Source: Eledone cirrhosa
Taxonomy: Eukaryota
Assembly: GCA_964016885.1 (NCBI GenBank)
Contig: OZ024743.1
Coordinates: 145,886,001 to 145,950,000, forward strand
DNA: 64,000 nt
Reading direction: 5' to 3'
Shown here: piece after piece, positions 52,629-64,000 of the stretch
Layout of the letters: each line of letters starts with the position of its first letter
How positions within the stretch are numbered: the first letter of the stretch is position 1
Made by a program: the position numbers and the translations under genes
The notes under the pieces: generated by a model
Databases searched by the model: none
What the model saw: only the letters and a program-made list of their open reading frames with translations
Told to the model about the DNA's origin: nothing

Positions 52629-52683
52629 ACTGCCTGAAGAGGTGACAGCCAAAGATGGCTGTCACCGAAATATATATAGCAGT
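52629..52683 (+). ncRNA. Minimal type I hammerhead ribozyme (HHR3, right arm)
   Basis: ACTGC CTGAAGA GGTGACAGCC AAAGAT GGCTGTCACC GAAA TATATA TA GCAGT: 5-bp stem I, 10-bp stem II, palindromic stem III; cleavage predicted after 52678. Confidence 0.85.
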
Positions 52684-52720
52684 AATAAACGAAGCCAAAT
52701 TTTAAACATTTGACTTATTT

Positions 52721-52771
<51 letters not shown>

Positions 52772-52822
52772 TACAATTCAATGATATTAAATAAATGGAA
52801 ACTATATTTATAAAAGCATATT

Positions 52823-52883
52823 TATTTTATTATATATATTTCAAGGGTACCAAGACATTGGGATGCTTTCATCAGATAAAATA
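52823..52883 (-). ncRNA. Minimal type I hammerhead (HHR4), stem II partly decayed
   Basis: Minus: TATTTTAT CTGATGA AAGCATCCCAA TGTC TTGGTACCCTT GAAA TATATA TA ATAAAATA; 8-bp stem I. Confidence 0.72.
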
Positions 52884-53299
52884 CAAAGTTTGTTTTATAA
52901 ATAGAGACATACCCATGAAAATCATATCTTATCGGTTGGATATTCACTATATATATATATTAGGGATATCTAACATGCTCTACATATCATGACACACCTA
53001 CACTCCTGAGCTTGCGCCTGTTTTTAACACCAAACATCTTGTCTTTGTATCATGCCAATAGGGTGGAGAGGCTTATATAAAGTGTTATGCAAATTTTGTT
53101 AGGCCTAAAAATTTTGCACTGGAATTATTGTCTTAACTCTACCTGACAATTAGGTGGCAACACATGCAGATCTGATGGGTTGGAAGCATGTTGTCACCAA
53201 CTTACAACTAATTTTAGGCATAAAGTTTTCTTCCAATGATGAGAATTGGTAGCTGGTTAGGTATCTAAGCATGTCTAGTTGGGGAGGGAATTGTTCACA

Positions 53300-53900
53300 A
53301 GATTTTCCAATGTGCTGCAAAATACTGGGATATGTTACAGCCAGTTATAAACTCTACTTTGTTCACTAAATCAATAAAGATCACAATTCACTAGATTGAA
53401 ATTTTTCTGAGCTGCTAAACCATAAGTATGTTGTAGATGATATAGTAATTGACTCCATTAAATAAAGGCTAGTTGCAACCTCCTGGCATATTGCATCCTC
53501 AGTAGATGAAATAACAAGAGCAATAAGTAAACTGAATCTTTGTAAGGCTCCTAGTAAAGTGGAATTTGTGCTGAGGTCTTACACTTAAGTGGCAATCATA
53601 TCACACAGAATCTCCTCAAGTTTGTTAGTCTGAAGAGAGAGACAGTACTGTTTCCATGGATTGCTATCATGCTTCTTTAAAAAGGTGTATTAGAATAAAA
53701 TGTATCAACCACAGAGGCATTGCTCTAGTCAGCTGTTGGTAAAGCTCTAGCAAGTATTCTTACTCAGCTGAATAATTCTATTGTACTTGATGTCCTTCTG
53801 GAATTTCAATGTAATGTTCATTCTGCTAAAGAACTAATGGATATTATTTTCACAGCAACACTGATGCAAAAGTGTTATAAGCTGCACATGGATCTTGTCA
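53300..53900 (+). mobile_element. Highly degraded RTE-type LINE fragment
   Basis: VDEITRAISKLNLCKAP, CINHRGIAL, VGKALASIL; boundaries approximate. Confidence 0.65.
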
Positions 53901-54871
53901 ATTAAGTGAGCTGCAATTTGTGAGGTGGATTGAGGAAACTTGGTCTGCAGTATTTGTAGTGATATGTCTTTCCAAGCCTGGCTTGATTAATATGTAATGA
54001 ATTCATAAGATTAGACAAAATGTTGGCTATATTTAGTGTAACATACAGTTCATGTGGGCCTATTGGTATATTAAAAAGAGGCAGTGCTTGCTATACATCA
54101 GAATACACTTCTGCATACTGGTGCACACATATGCAGCTTTGTTTGCAAGGCCAAACAAAAGACATGTAGGAGTTTAACAGGATTAAGAGTTGCAGTCGAA
54201 AACGCAATTATTTCAAATGATCAGAATCATCACTGACATTTCACAGATCTCATATTTGATGGAAACAATCACCTGCAGCATGTTGAGTATCTTCCCCTTC
54301 TAAGTGACCACTGATACAACCTTCAGATCAACTAGAATATAGTGGTTATATATATATAACCACTAGACCTACATTCTTGTGAGTAGTTTGGTGATAACAA
54401 TGTTGTTGTATTTGTTTTTGTGTATGCGTAATGGGATAATTGAGCTTAAGTTAGCCTTGGGCAATAATCCTTGCAAATGCTCTATAAGCTGGGCTTGCAG
54501 AGTAACAGAAAGGCTATTTTAATGAGGTCCTCCTGCAAACTACCTTGATGACAAATGACGGTAACCTCACTATCACAGCTGGCTACTTCAATAGTCATGT
54601 TGTGAAACGCTGTGACAGCTTTCCTTGTGTGTATGGATGATGTGGGTACAGTACAAAAAAAATAAGGAAATGACCGGAAGTATCATTTTTCTCCAGCAAA
54701 CAATAATGATAATGACCGGAAGTTGTTTGTGATCTTAGTACATTTACCCTCTACAATGTTATTGAAAGATTTCTGCTCAAGTATGATAGTGACAGAAGAA
54801 ACTGTGGTTACATTTTTACGAGAAAACAACCTTCTGGATGCAGAACATCGTCATCAGTGCGGTACTATTAT

Positions 54872-55450
54872 CAGACCTGCCAACCTCTAAAAACCCAAAC
54901 GGGCAGTACCATGAAAAAAAGTGACCCAAAACGTTGAGAAATGAGGCTAAATGGGGAGATTTTACATAATTGTTTCTACTTTAGGCACAAGGCCAGCAAA
55001 TACCCAGTACATTACTGGTACTTTATTTTATCGACCCCGTAAGGATGAAAGGCAAAGTTAACCTCGGCGGGATTTGAACTCAAACTGTAAAGGGACGTAA
55101 CTATGCTAGAAAGCAGTGCGTACAACCCTCTACTGATACTGCCAATTCACCGCCCTAGAGGGGAGATTTTACATAATTGTTTCTACTTTTGGCACAAGGC
55201 CAGCAATAATCCAGTACATTACTGGTACTTTATTTTATCGACCCCCGTAAGGATGAAAGGCAAAGTTAACCTCGGCGGGATTTGAACTCAGACCGTAAAG
55301 GGACGTAACTATGCTAGAAAGCATGGCAGCCAACCCTCTACCGATACGGCCAAATGAAAGCTATACCCATTTTCACAAGAAATCCATCTCTCATCCACCC
55401 AAAAGTGGGTGGGAGATTTCCCCGTCGGACGGGGAGAGTTGACGGGTCTG
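54872..55450. mobile_element. hAT-like MITE inside the Merlin relic, carrying two SINEs
   Basis: TIRs CAGACCTGCCAAC / GTTGACGGGTCTG; no TSD seen. Confidence 0.55.
54968..55353 (-). mobile_element. Two tandem SINE family A copies
   Basis: Left copy flanked by 18-bp TSD GGGGAGATTTTACATAAT (54953-54970, 55160-55177). Confidence 0.92.
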
Positions 55451-55935
55451 ATAAAGGTGGGAAATGCAAGCCTGTACTTCGCTGTCCTCGTAAAGAGTGC
55501 CAAACTTCATGTTCTGTTCGGAAGGGAAATGAATTCTTCCATTATATGAATATTAACAACAAATTATACTGCAATCTGAATTTGTGCGAAATTTTAGAAC
55601 TGGTATTCTTTTTTTTTTTGTAATGAGAATACCCATAAGTGCAGCAATGACTCTTTCACTACTGTTAATTACTGGTACATGTGCCGAGGGGTGAGACCAT
55701 CGTTTCCCATTGTGCATTTGGCACAGGAGGAAATGCTAAATAGCAACCAGACACCTTTCTCCGAAGATAATGAGATGTTTCGATCACATCCCGATCATAT
55801 TTTACTGGAATGTGTTGAGAAAAGGTGCATGATATATTTCTGGCATTCTAAATGATATATGAAGTGTATATCAAAGAAATTAAATGCAAATAATAAATTA
55901 TGTAATATGAAGTGTCATTAATATTAATCATGTAA

Positions 55936-56074
55936 TGGAGTTACGGCCCTTGCCATTCTGAGTTCAAATCCCGCCGAGGTTAATTTTGCCTTTCATCCTT
56001 ACAGGGTCGATAAAATAAAGTACCAGTAATGCACTGAGATAATTGCTGGCCTTGTGCCAAACGTAGAAACAATT
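55936..56074 (+). mobile_element. 5'-truncated SINE family A with 19-bp TSD (1 mismatch)
   Basis: ATTAATATTAATCATGTAA 55917-55935 vs ATTAATATTATTCATGTAA 56072-56090. Confidence 0.88.
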
Positions 56075-56832
56075 AATATTATTCATGTAACATAATATTG
56101 TTTTTTATTGTATTAAAGAATGTGATCATTAATAAATTCTATAATACAATTTTAAAATCATTCTGCAATATAAATAAATAATCCCAGATCGCTCGGTAGA
56201 CCACAAGCTATATATTGACGGTTAATTTCTCTTTTCTTTTGTATCGAATAATTGTTTGTTCCTTCCTTTCCTTATCAATTATTCATTAACGCTGCCACAT
56301 GAGCTACCAAAATCACGCCATCGAGAACTTTCATAAAATGAATATTTCTCTAGTAATACTTATATATGGATGGGGGGGGGGGGTATAAAAGGAAAACTTC
56401 AATAAATGGCTTATTTAACTTGATCTTTTGAATGAAGAAGTATTGTTTTATTTGTAATATTGAATAAAACGTGGGTTTTCTTTTTCATAAACACCAATCT
56501 CATGAATATTGACTTGGATACATTTAAACACCTTTTAGTTGGACTTATGTTACATTTAACATTTCGTTAATTATAACTTTAATTCAATTAATCAAATGGA
56601 TTCGAAAAAAGTAAATGATTGGTAATAAAATAGATTGTTAATAAAAATTAAATAGGGTTACTCCGCCATTAGTGTGTTATAAAAGAAAATATCAACTTAG
56701 CGAATCGATTTTTAGTTAAAGAATTTGCTAGGATGAAGTGTTATACTATTCATTAAGATAATATTCGTGCAAATAAACATGTTCACACATGTGTATATAT
56801 ATATATAAAGGTAAAACTAGTCTTTTAACGCG

Positions 56833-56899
56833 GGTGGTTTTTCTGTATATCCACTTGATCGTCAGTCTGACGATCAAGTGAGTACACAAGAAAAACTCC
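56833..56899. repeat. Short hairpin/palindrome
   Basis: CACTTGATCGTCAG T CTGACGATCAAGTG (52852-type 14-bp arms at 56852-56880) with imperfect extension. Confidence 0.85.
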
Positions 56900-59800
56900 A
56901 GTAACGAGACAATAATAACTACCTTAATCTCTATTGTTAATAGTGTATTTTATTCACAGTTGTATATTGTTGTATTGAGTACTCATTATTAAACGTGTAT
57001 GTATATGTGTGTGTGTGTGCTCAATACATACGTGTGTAAACACCTATTTGCATGAATTAGTATAGAATTCAAATTTCGACATCTGTTGGAACATGTCATT
57101 TTAGCAAATTAAATGTTTATGCGTGTATTCACACACACAAACATGTTCATTTATTGTAGTAGTACGTAGCTGTATATTCTTTTTACATGTCAGATTTGAA
57201 ATGCTTTAATGAATCTATTTCTTTTTATTAATCAGTGATATGACGAATGTTGATAAATTTCATTACAAATGATTAAAATCTAGATAATTTGGGATGTTAA
57301 TTTAATACCAAAAATCAAGAAATATATGTTTATACATATATATGTATGATTTGGTGTGTGTGTGTTCGTGTTCGACCGTCCACCATTGTGTACTATGATT
57401 TGGAAGTTGCCTCATTAATAAAAATAGAATGCCTGTAAAGAAAAAGTAATGACGCAATAAGATTATAGAATATATGAGATACAGGAATGAAATTTGTTTA
57501 TAAAAATAAGAGGAAAATGTGTCTACAGTTATTGTTGTTTAGATCTTTTATATATAATGTTATAAATTTAATAAGGTTTGTATGTGTATGAAGAAGAAAA
57601 CGGTTTAACACGATCTCTTAGTTGATCGACTAAAGTGCAAATATTAAAACAGAAGCAGTGCAGAAATTTAACAACTTAGAATTGTTTGAAGGCATTTAAT
57701 CGGATAATGATATAACTTTTATTGTACAAAAGAAAGTAGCAGAATAACTAACAACCCTTGGTACATTATACCTTTTAAACTGACATTTTAAGACGATTCT
57801 AAGCCGAGGTTAAAATTTGAGAATATTAAAATATAATTTCCGACACAGGGCCATAAATTTATAGGTAAAAAAAGAATGAAATCCCAACTGGTCATGAGAA
57901 CACAGCTGTTGATGTAAGTGAAGTGAAATGGTGTCTATCAGAAATTGAAATATGAGCTTCAGATGCTTACTTCTACAATACGCTGCTGAAATTGATAAAA
58001 AGCGTGATTGTATCACAGATTAAAATAGCTCTCGGCTTCAATTTTTCGGAATGTTATTTAACTATTTCCCCGGGAGATAATGTAAAGGAAATTGTTAAAC
58101 TGATGTTTAGTGTGGAAAGTTTGAAACGCAAGATTATATTTGATGTAAATGGTTATAAATGCGGTTTCTATTCCTAATCGGAATTCATTTCAATATAACA
58201 TTTGTGAAAAAAGTGTCATCTCATTCTCCCAGTCAATTTTAAAGCCTTTTAAGTAGTAAAAACGAAATCTATTTAGCTATCATTACATACTAAAAATATT
58301 CAGGTTGAATTGTTTGTGTGTGTGTGTGTGAACGATCATGTTGATTCATATACTCGTTGAATAGTACGGGAGAAAGTAACAAAGTATATATATTTTTATT
58401 AGCTGAAAATACTATTTGAATGACTGTCATAGAATGTCATGCCAAAGCACTTTTCAAACTTTTTTCCACCAGTTGAATATTCTTTAGTTTCAAATAAAGT
58501 ATATTTTTAAGTGATCAATATTTCGCGACATTTATCACACGTATTCTTGATTTAAATGTAGTTGATAATTTATTATATATCATATTGGCTTATCCGAATA
58601 TGACATTTAATTTTAAACTCTTTGTGGAAAAAGATCGTTCCTCATTTACTTTATTCAACTGTGTAAACATTTGAATCCGTGTGCCTATTTGATGTATGAG
58701 GTGTATGCTTATGTATATTTGAATCGGGTATGTGTATGCATTTAGTGTACTCAGTGTATGTACATATATGATTGTGAACAAGCAATGATTATACTTGTGT
58801 AGCCCTGATCAAATAAGTTCCATTCATACTTCTCCTGTATTTTAGGAGTATCTAGGGATAGGTTATTCAATGTGTGCTTCCTTATTTCAAAAAGTTAAAA
58901 GATGGTGTGAAGGATGTTCGACTGCTATTTCTAACAGTTCCAGCAACCTTGTGTAGGTGGGAATTGTTAAACGTGTTGAGTATTTATTCATATGTGAATC
59001 GGAAATCATATTATGTTAAGTGTGTTTTGCATGTTTACATTCACTAACATACAAAGAACGCTGCTGTTAGTATATCACCACTCAAGTTAAAGTAGGTAAA
59101 TTAGTGAAAAATAACATTACTTTATGTATCAATGCGGTTACTACTGATATAAATTATAATCTTACTAAGATAATAAAAATTATATATTTTTTCAATATTT
59201 CCTGCACAGACACAATTCAATATGGCTGTAGGTATAAATTACAAATGTATGAGACCGTTCCAATTTATGATATAGGCACGACTCTTCAGATTTACACAGA
59301 AAACGATATGACTTTATTTTCAATTTTACATTATTTCTCCCCACGTACATCTAACTATATGACTAATTAAATATTCAAACTTGCAAACATTTTTATTTAA
59401 GAAAAATTTAATGTATGACACGGAAAAAATGTTATATTTCTACAACTATATTAGGGTTTGTAATGGTTAAATGATAGTCCATAATTTTCGACATCAAATC
59501 TTAAATATTCTCAAGCTCGTAAATCTAAAGAAATAATGAGTTAAATCCTTAGATTTATCTATTTCGTTATGATAACATTCTCTGCATTTTTTTTAGTCAA
59601 GTAATTAAATAATTTTCAAGTAATTAATATAATTTTATTGTTTTGTAAATGTAATTATATTTTGTATATTTAACAGAGTCTGTGAGAACCTAGTGGTGGC
59701 CTACGACTATTCTTAAAATAATAGTGTGACAGGAGGGAGTGACTAATTTAATTGTCTATTTTTATATAAGTATATATTAAAAGATGTTTCATTGCTTAGT

Positions 59801-60949
59801 TAGCCCAGACGAGATGTTCTTTATTAGCATTTAGAATTCGTTTTCCTTTCGTGATTGATGAAATATAAGCCAGTTTGTCTCAATCTAAATAAATTGTTAA
59901 TTTTCTTTTATACCTGACCGACTACAATGCGGAAAAAATGCGATTCTACAGGCAGAAATAATAAAATAATGGGAAATAGCGACTGCTAAAACTATCAATA
60001 GACAAGAGACGTATGAATCATAAGGTGTATTTAATGTAAAAAGAAAAAAAGTCAGTTGGTAAACTCAACCAACCTGCATTTCAACGTGCCTTGGTTTTTT
60101 TATTTCCTATGAGTCATACTGCTTAATGTATTATTTTCTTGTCTTGTAATTAAAGAAAGGAAGACACGAACAAAATAATTCGATAGAAAAGGAAATGAAG
60201 AAAAAGTATATTAAAACAAAAACAAATGCGACGGTGATATTTAGCCCCAGGTCAAAGATATTCCAGTTGATTCTATCATGTCTTTTGTAAATCTACACTA
60301 TGATCAAAGGTAGTCAAGCTGTCATCTTCCCATGGTTTTGTATATCTGGGACTACATTATCCAATGTGTCCTTCCCTTTTATGACAGTAGGGTAGGTATA
60401 AGATGATAGAATTTGGCTGCTATTTACCGCGGTCGAATATTTGCTTAAAAGGTGCTTCGTTGGCTTAAAGATATATATTTATGATAGTTTGAAAAAAAAA
60501 TTGTTTATTATATTTGTTTTTTGTTTATCGAGTAAGTATATATTTATTTGCTGTTTAACCCAAGGTCAGTCCTGTTGTTTATTTAATAAACATGTTTTAA
60601 TGTGGCCTTAAACTAAGAAATAAAACAATGCGGGATTGAAAACTTTGAATGGCATAATAGTAGTATATATATATATATATATACTTTGTTACATAATGCG
60701 TATAGTATTTATATCCATCCATTTTAATGACTGAAACCAATAAATATTGTGTTTCGCGAGAAGATACGAGCACTTAGTTGTATATGCAATTAGATTTGAC
60801 CTAGATCCTTTACCATAATAGTACTACTAGAACAAATCAGACCATATTGGTTTGCTGCTTCGAATGAAAAACTGTTTTAGTGATACGTGTTTGGTTGTTT
60901 ATTAAAAGGAAACTAGATCAATTATTATTATGTTTACTGAGAATGAGCA

Positions 60950-62340
60950 TGCACTCATTCACACAACTACAACCCCACCTCCCGCTCCAGATATTCCATT
61001 CTGTTCAACATACCTAGCAACTATATCACTTGGCAGCCAATTCCGCACCCCACCCTACTGACTTTCCTTGGACTTCTACAATACCCTCATACATCGACGA
61101 AAGAAGCAAAAACATTTTTACAGACTTCACACTAATACTTGGGGAAAATTTCCCCAGAAACAGTATCAAAGTATTAAAAATTCAACAACACCACAATCGC
61201 TAATTATAGATAGACCCACACATACACGCATAAAAGCAACATAAAATTGCAATCCCAATTACACACCAGGAATAGCCAACCTCATAAAAAAAAACAGACA
61301 ACCTGAAACACCCAAACAACACAGTCTAAATAAAACTCAATATCAAACAAATAAACAATGAAATAATAAAACAAAAAATAAACCACAGAAAACTGGCAAA
61401 TATTTTATCCAGCATAAACCACAAAGCTTTAGTAAAACATAGATTAATTCTCAACATCATTGGTCACAATAAGAATATCAAATGATGCCTCCATCGGTTT
61501 CAATGATGAACATTCAGTTGTTCAATTAACTGAACATCCTCCATTGACACATGTACCTTTAATGTAATTCACAAGCCAAATCTGTGGGACAATATGCGAT
61601 ATGGCTGGACCTTTGAATTACAGGTATAATCCATCTGACAGGCTTCCACACACTTTCCATCTACCCAATTTCACTTATGACTTAGGTCAAATAAAGACTA
61701 TGGTAAAGACACTTGCCCAAGATGCCACACAATGGGATCAAACCCAGTGTCTACTCAGCCATACATGTGCCCACATTAAATAATATATTTACACTGCAAT
61801 ACCTAACAAACATCCTTATTAGATATTTCTTAAAAATCAATCCTCAAAGATTACACAACGAAGACAAAAACAAAAAAATACACATCTTCCACATAGACCC
61901 TGGTTTTGACTTTTTCCTTCCAATAGACACCTAGAAACTAATAGGGAAATCTAAAAGCTAAAAAGTGTCAGGGCCAATCAAAATCACAAACATACATAAC
62001 ACCTTAAATTATAAAACACCTATGACCTGAAGAAATCACTATAGTCATTAACATCTATTACTCATACCAACGCTGTCAAATTTTCAGAATCTGGAAGCTG
62101 AGCTAAATTGTAACAATTCTAAAACCCAACAAAAATTTCAAATGAAGTGACATCATAAACTCCTATGCAATCACTCAAAACATCTAGAAAGACTAATCTT
62201 TTACGATACTAATCCACGTCCCCCTCTCCTAATCACAACGTAAATTCTGGTGACTACAGTCAAACATCACACAACTTATAAACCTAATAGAAAATACATG
62301 ATAACTTCAACAACAAAAATTCTCCCGAGAGTACCTGAGT
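60950..62340 (+). mobile_element. Very degraded Jockey/I-group LINE fragment with an old SINE inserted at about 61490-61770
   Basis: A/C-rich strand; WKLS*IVTILKPNK and KHLERLI resemble the region just before RT. Confidence 0.5.
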
Positions 62341-63874
62341 GATGATGGTACAAGATCAGCCAGTGCTGACGTTCAGAGATCACAGCAGTAGCAGTAGGAA
62401 AGAAAACAAGTACATTAGGCAGAGGCTAGAATGTGTTGGTGAGCAACTCTATACTAATCATTTGATGGTCTTTTTTTAATGCAGTCTAAGATATCTCTAT
62501 ATATAGTAGCAACACTGTTTCAGATATGGGAGCAATAAACCATTGTAGGTCTCACCTGAAATTTGTAGAGGATTAATAGTTAAGAGGGTGGGGTTAAAAT
62601 ATTAGTTTGGACACTATCAAATATCTTGCAGTTTCAAGCAACAGATCTGGGGTCAACTTAATTTATACATGTCTTAGCATATTATATACATCTCAAAACA
62701 CATTGCTTCTGTCGCTAAAGTTGTACATTAATCTGTAAAAACTAAAAACATATCTATAATTTCTTTAGAAATTTCGTGTTCAACTAATCATGAACAGCAT
62801 GGTAAAGTAATTGACTAACTGCAATAGCAATATTATGTGGTTGATCAATGTGTTTGCATTTCTAAATAACAATATATACTGTATATACTCATATATAAGC
62901 TGAGAAATATGTGACAAAAAATCGATGGTAAAATGGGATGTCCACTTACATTCAAGGTCAATATTTTACCAATTTCACCAACTTCAAACTATATGTAAAT
63001 AAGTTGCTAAAATATCTGAAGTGATTATTTTACAATGAAACACTTTCTACATTTACTACATTGTCATTAGTTTTATCTATGCATTCCCTTGAAAATATTT
63101 CCCAAAACTTTTTATCATTTGAACTTTTTAATACATAAATATCTCATACACATACATGCATACACATACATGCATATACATGTACACATACACATGCACA
63201 AACATGCATACACTCACATGCCAACTATTTTTCTCTGACTTCATAATACATTTTCTTTCAATCTTACGTAAGATTGAAATCTTCTGACTTTTATTTTATT
63301 GTTCTCGCTAACCCCCCCCCCCCCCCCCCACATTTCTCTCAGTCTCTCACACTTGTTGTTCCTCCCTCCCTCTTCTTCTGTATGAATCCCTCTACAATGT
63401 TCTCTTATATGATCTCTTGCTTTCAACTATTCCCAGGATGTGAGTGGTCGGAAGAAAACAAAAATTCGAGAAACTTATTGAAATGAGGGTAGAAAAATCA
63501 AAACAAAAACTCTATTCAAAATAACACTGAAAACATTTTAAATATCAAAACTCCATAAATATATTTTATATTCATGAGAATTTCAAAACCAAGTCATCTA
63601 AACGTAAATATGTTAATTAACTGCCTTGGCTTATAAACGGGATTTGGATTTTTGCCCATTTCACGGACATAAAATAGAGGTGGTAGTGGCTTATTCTTGA
63701 GTATATATGGTATATATATTAATAAAAACAATGAAGTTTCGTTTACATGTATTTAGTTTTTTATTATGTATCAATCTGTTACATGCATTTCACAGAGGAT
63801 TGCCTCAGGGTCACCCATAGAAGTTATGGAGATGACTCCATTATCAATCTGCTGTTCAGACATATATCTGTTCA

Positions 63875-63921
<47 letters not shown>

Positions 63922-64000
63922 TCATCATCATCATTTAACATCTATTTTTCCATGTTATGAAACAAGCCAGCTTAGGTGACCACATCTTGCTCATGCAGAT

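Larger units (their letters stand above)
52350..52720. repeat. 371-bp palindrome: 180-bp arms, 11-nt loop, 3 non-Watson-Crick positions
   Basis: 52350-52529 pairs with 52541-52720; differences only at 52510/52560, 52518/52552 and 52521/52549. Confidence 0.97.
54560..56308 (+). mobile_element. Merlin/IS1016-like DNA transposon relic with nested insertions
   Basis: VVTFLRENNLL..HQCG / LRCPRKECQTSCSVRKGNEFF..LNLCEILELVFFF / WYMCR resemble an ISXO2-type N-terminus; weak GGTA-starting TIRs and a 6/8 TSD match. Confidence 0.55.

Noticed and set aside
52433-52637. Two near-identical 61-aa ORFs on opposite strands
   Set aside because: By-product of the palindrome; GTG starts and no recognisable domain
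54200-54500. LRR-like peptides (DLIFDGNNHL; LGNNPCKC)
   Set aside because: Short, interrupted by stops, no convincing splice structure; may be chance
59245-59295. CTGAAGAG...GGAAC on minus
   Set aside because: Core mismatch and no stem I

Overview
AT-rich, repeat-dense metazoan DNA. The repeat families and (TA)n/(CAT)n content suggest an octopod cephalopod (inference). The only host gene found is a diacylglycerol lipase beta (DAGLB-like) on the minus strand: five coding exons between 19442 and 2973 with phase-consistent GT-AG junctions, continuing off the left edge. The rest is intronic or intergenic and filled with transposon relics: Tx1, RTE, CR1, CRE and Jockey/I-like LINEs; about 16 copies of a tRNA-derived Meta-domain-like SINE, many with TSDs; mariner, hAT, pogo-like, TTAA and Merlin-like DNA elements; and a Helitron-like family. 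The main signal no ORF explains is a set of minimal type-I hammerhead ribozyme (HHR) motifs. Four lie within about 770 bp (52112-52883) as two convergent pairs pointing into (TA)n tracts, and two of these sit in the arms of a 371-bp near-perfect palindrome. More copies occur at 30389-30476 and, degenerate, at 45239-45274 and 23476-23597. The layout fits non-coding, (TA)n-targeting Penelope-like pLTR or retrozyme-type elements. A CR1 LINE has a near-complete ORF2 broken by a single TAG and a canonical -1 slippery heptamer at its ORF1/ORF2 junction. All calls were read by eye; no searches were run.
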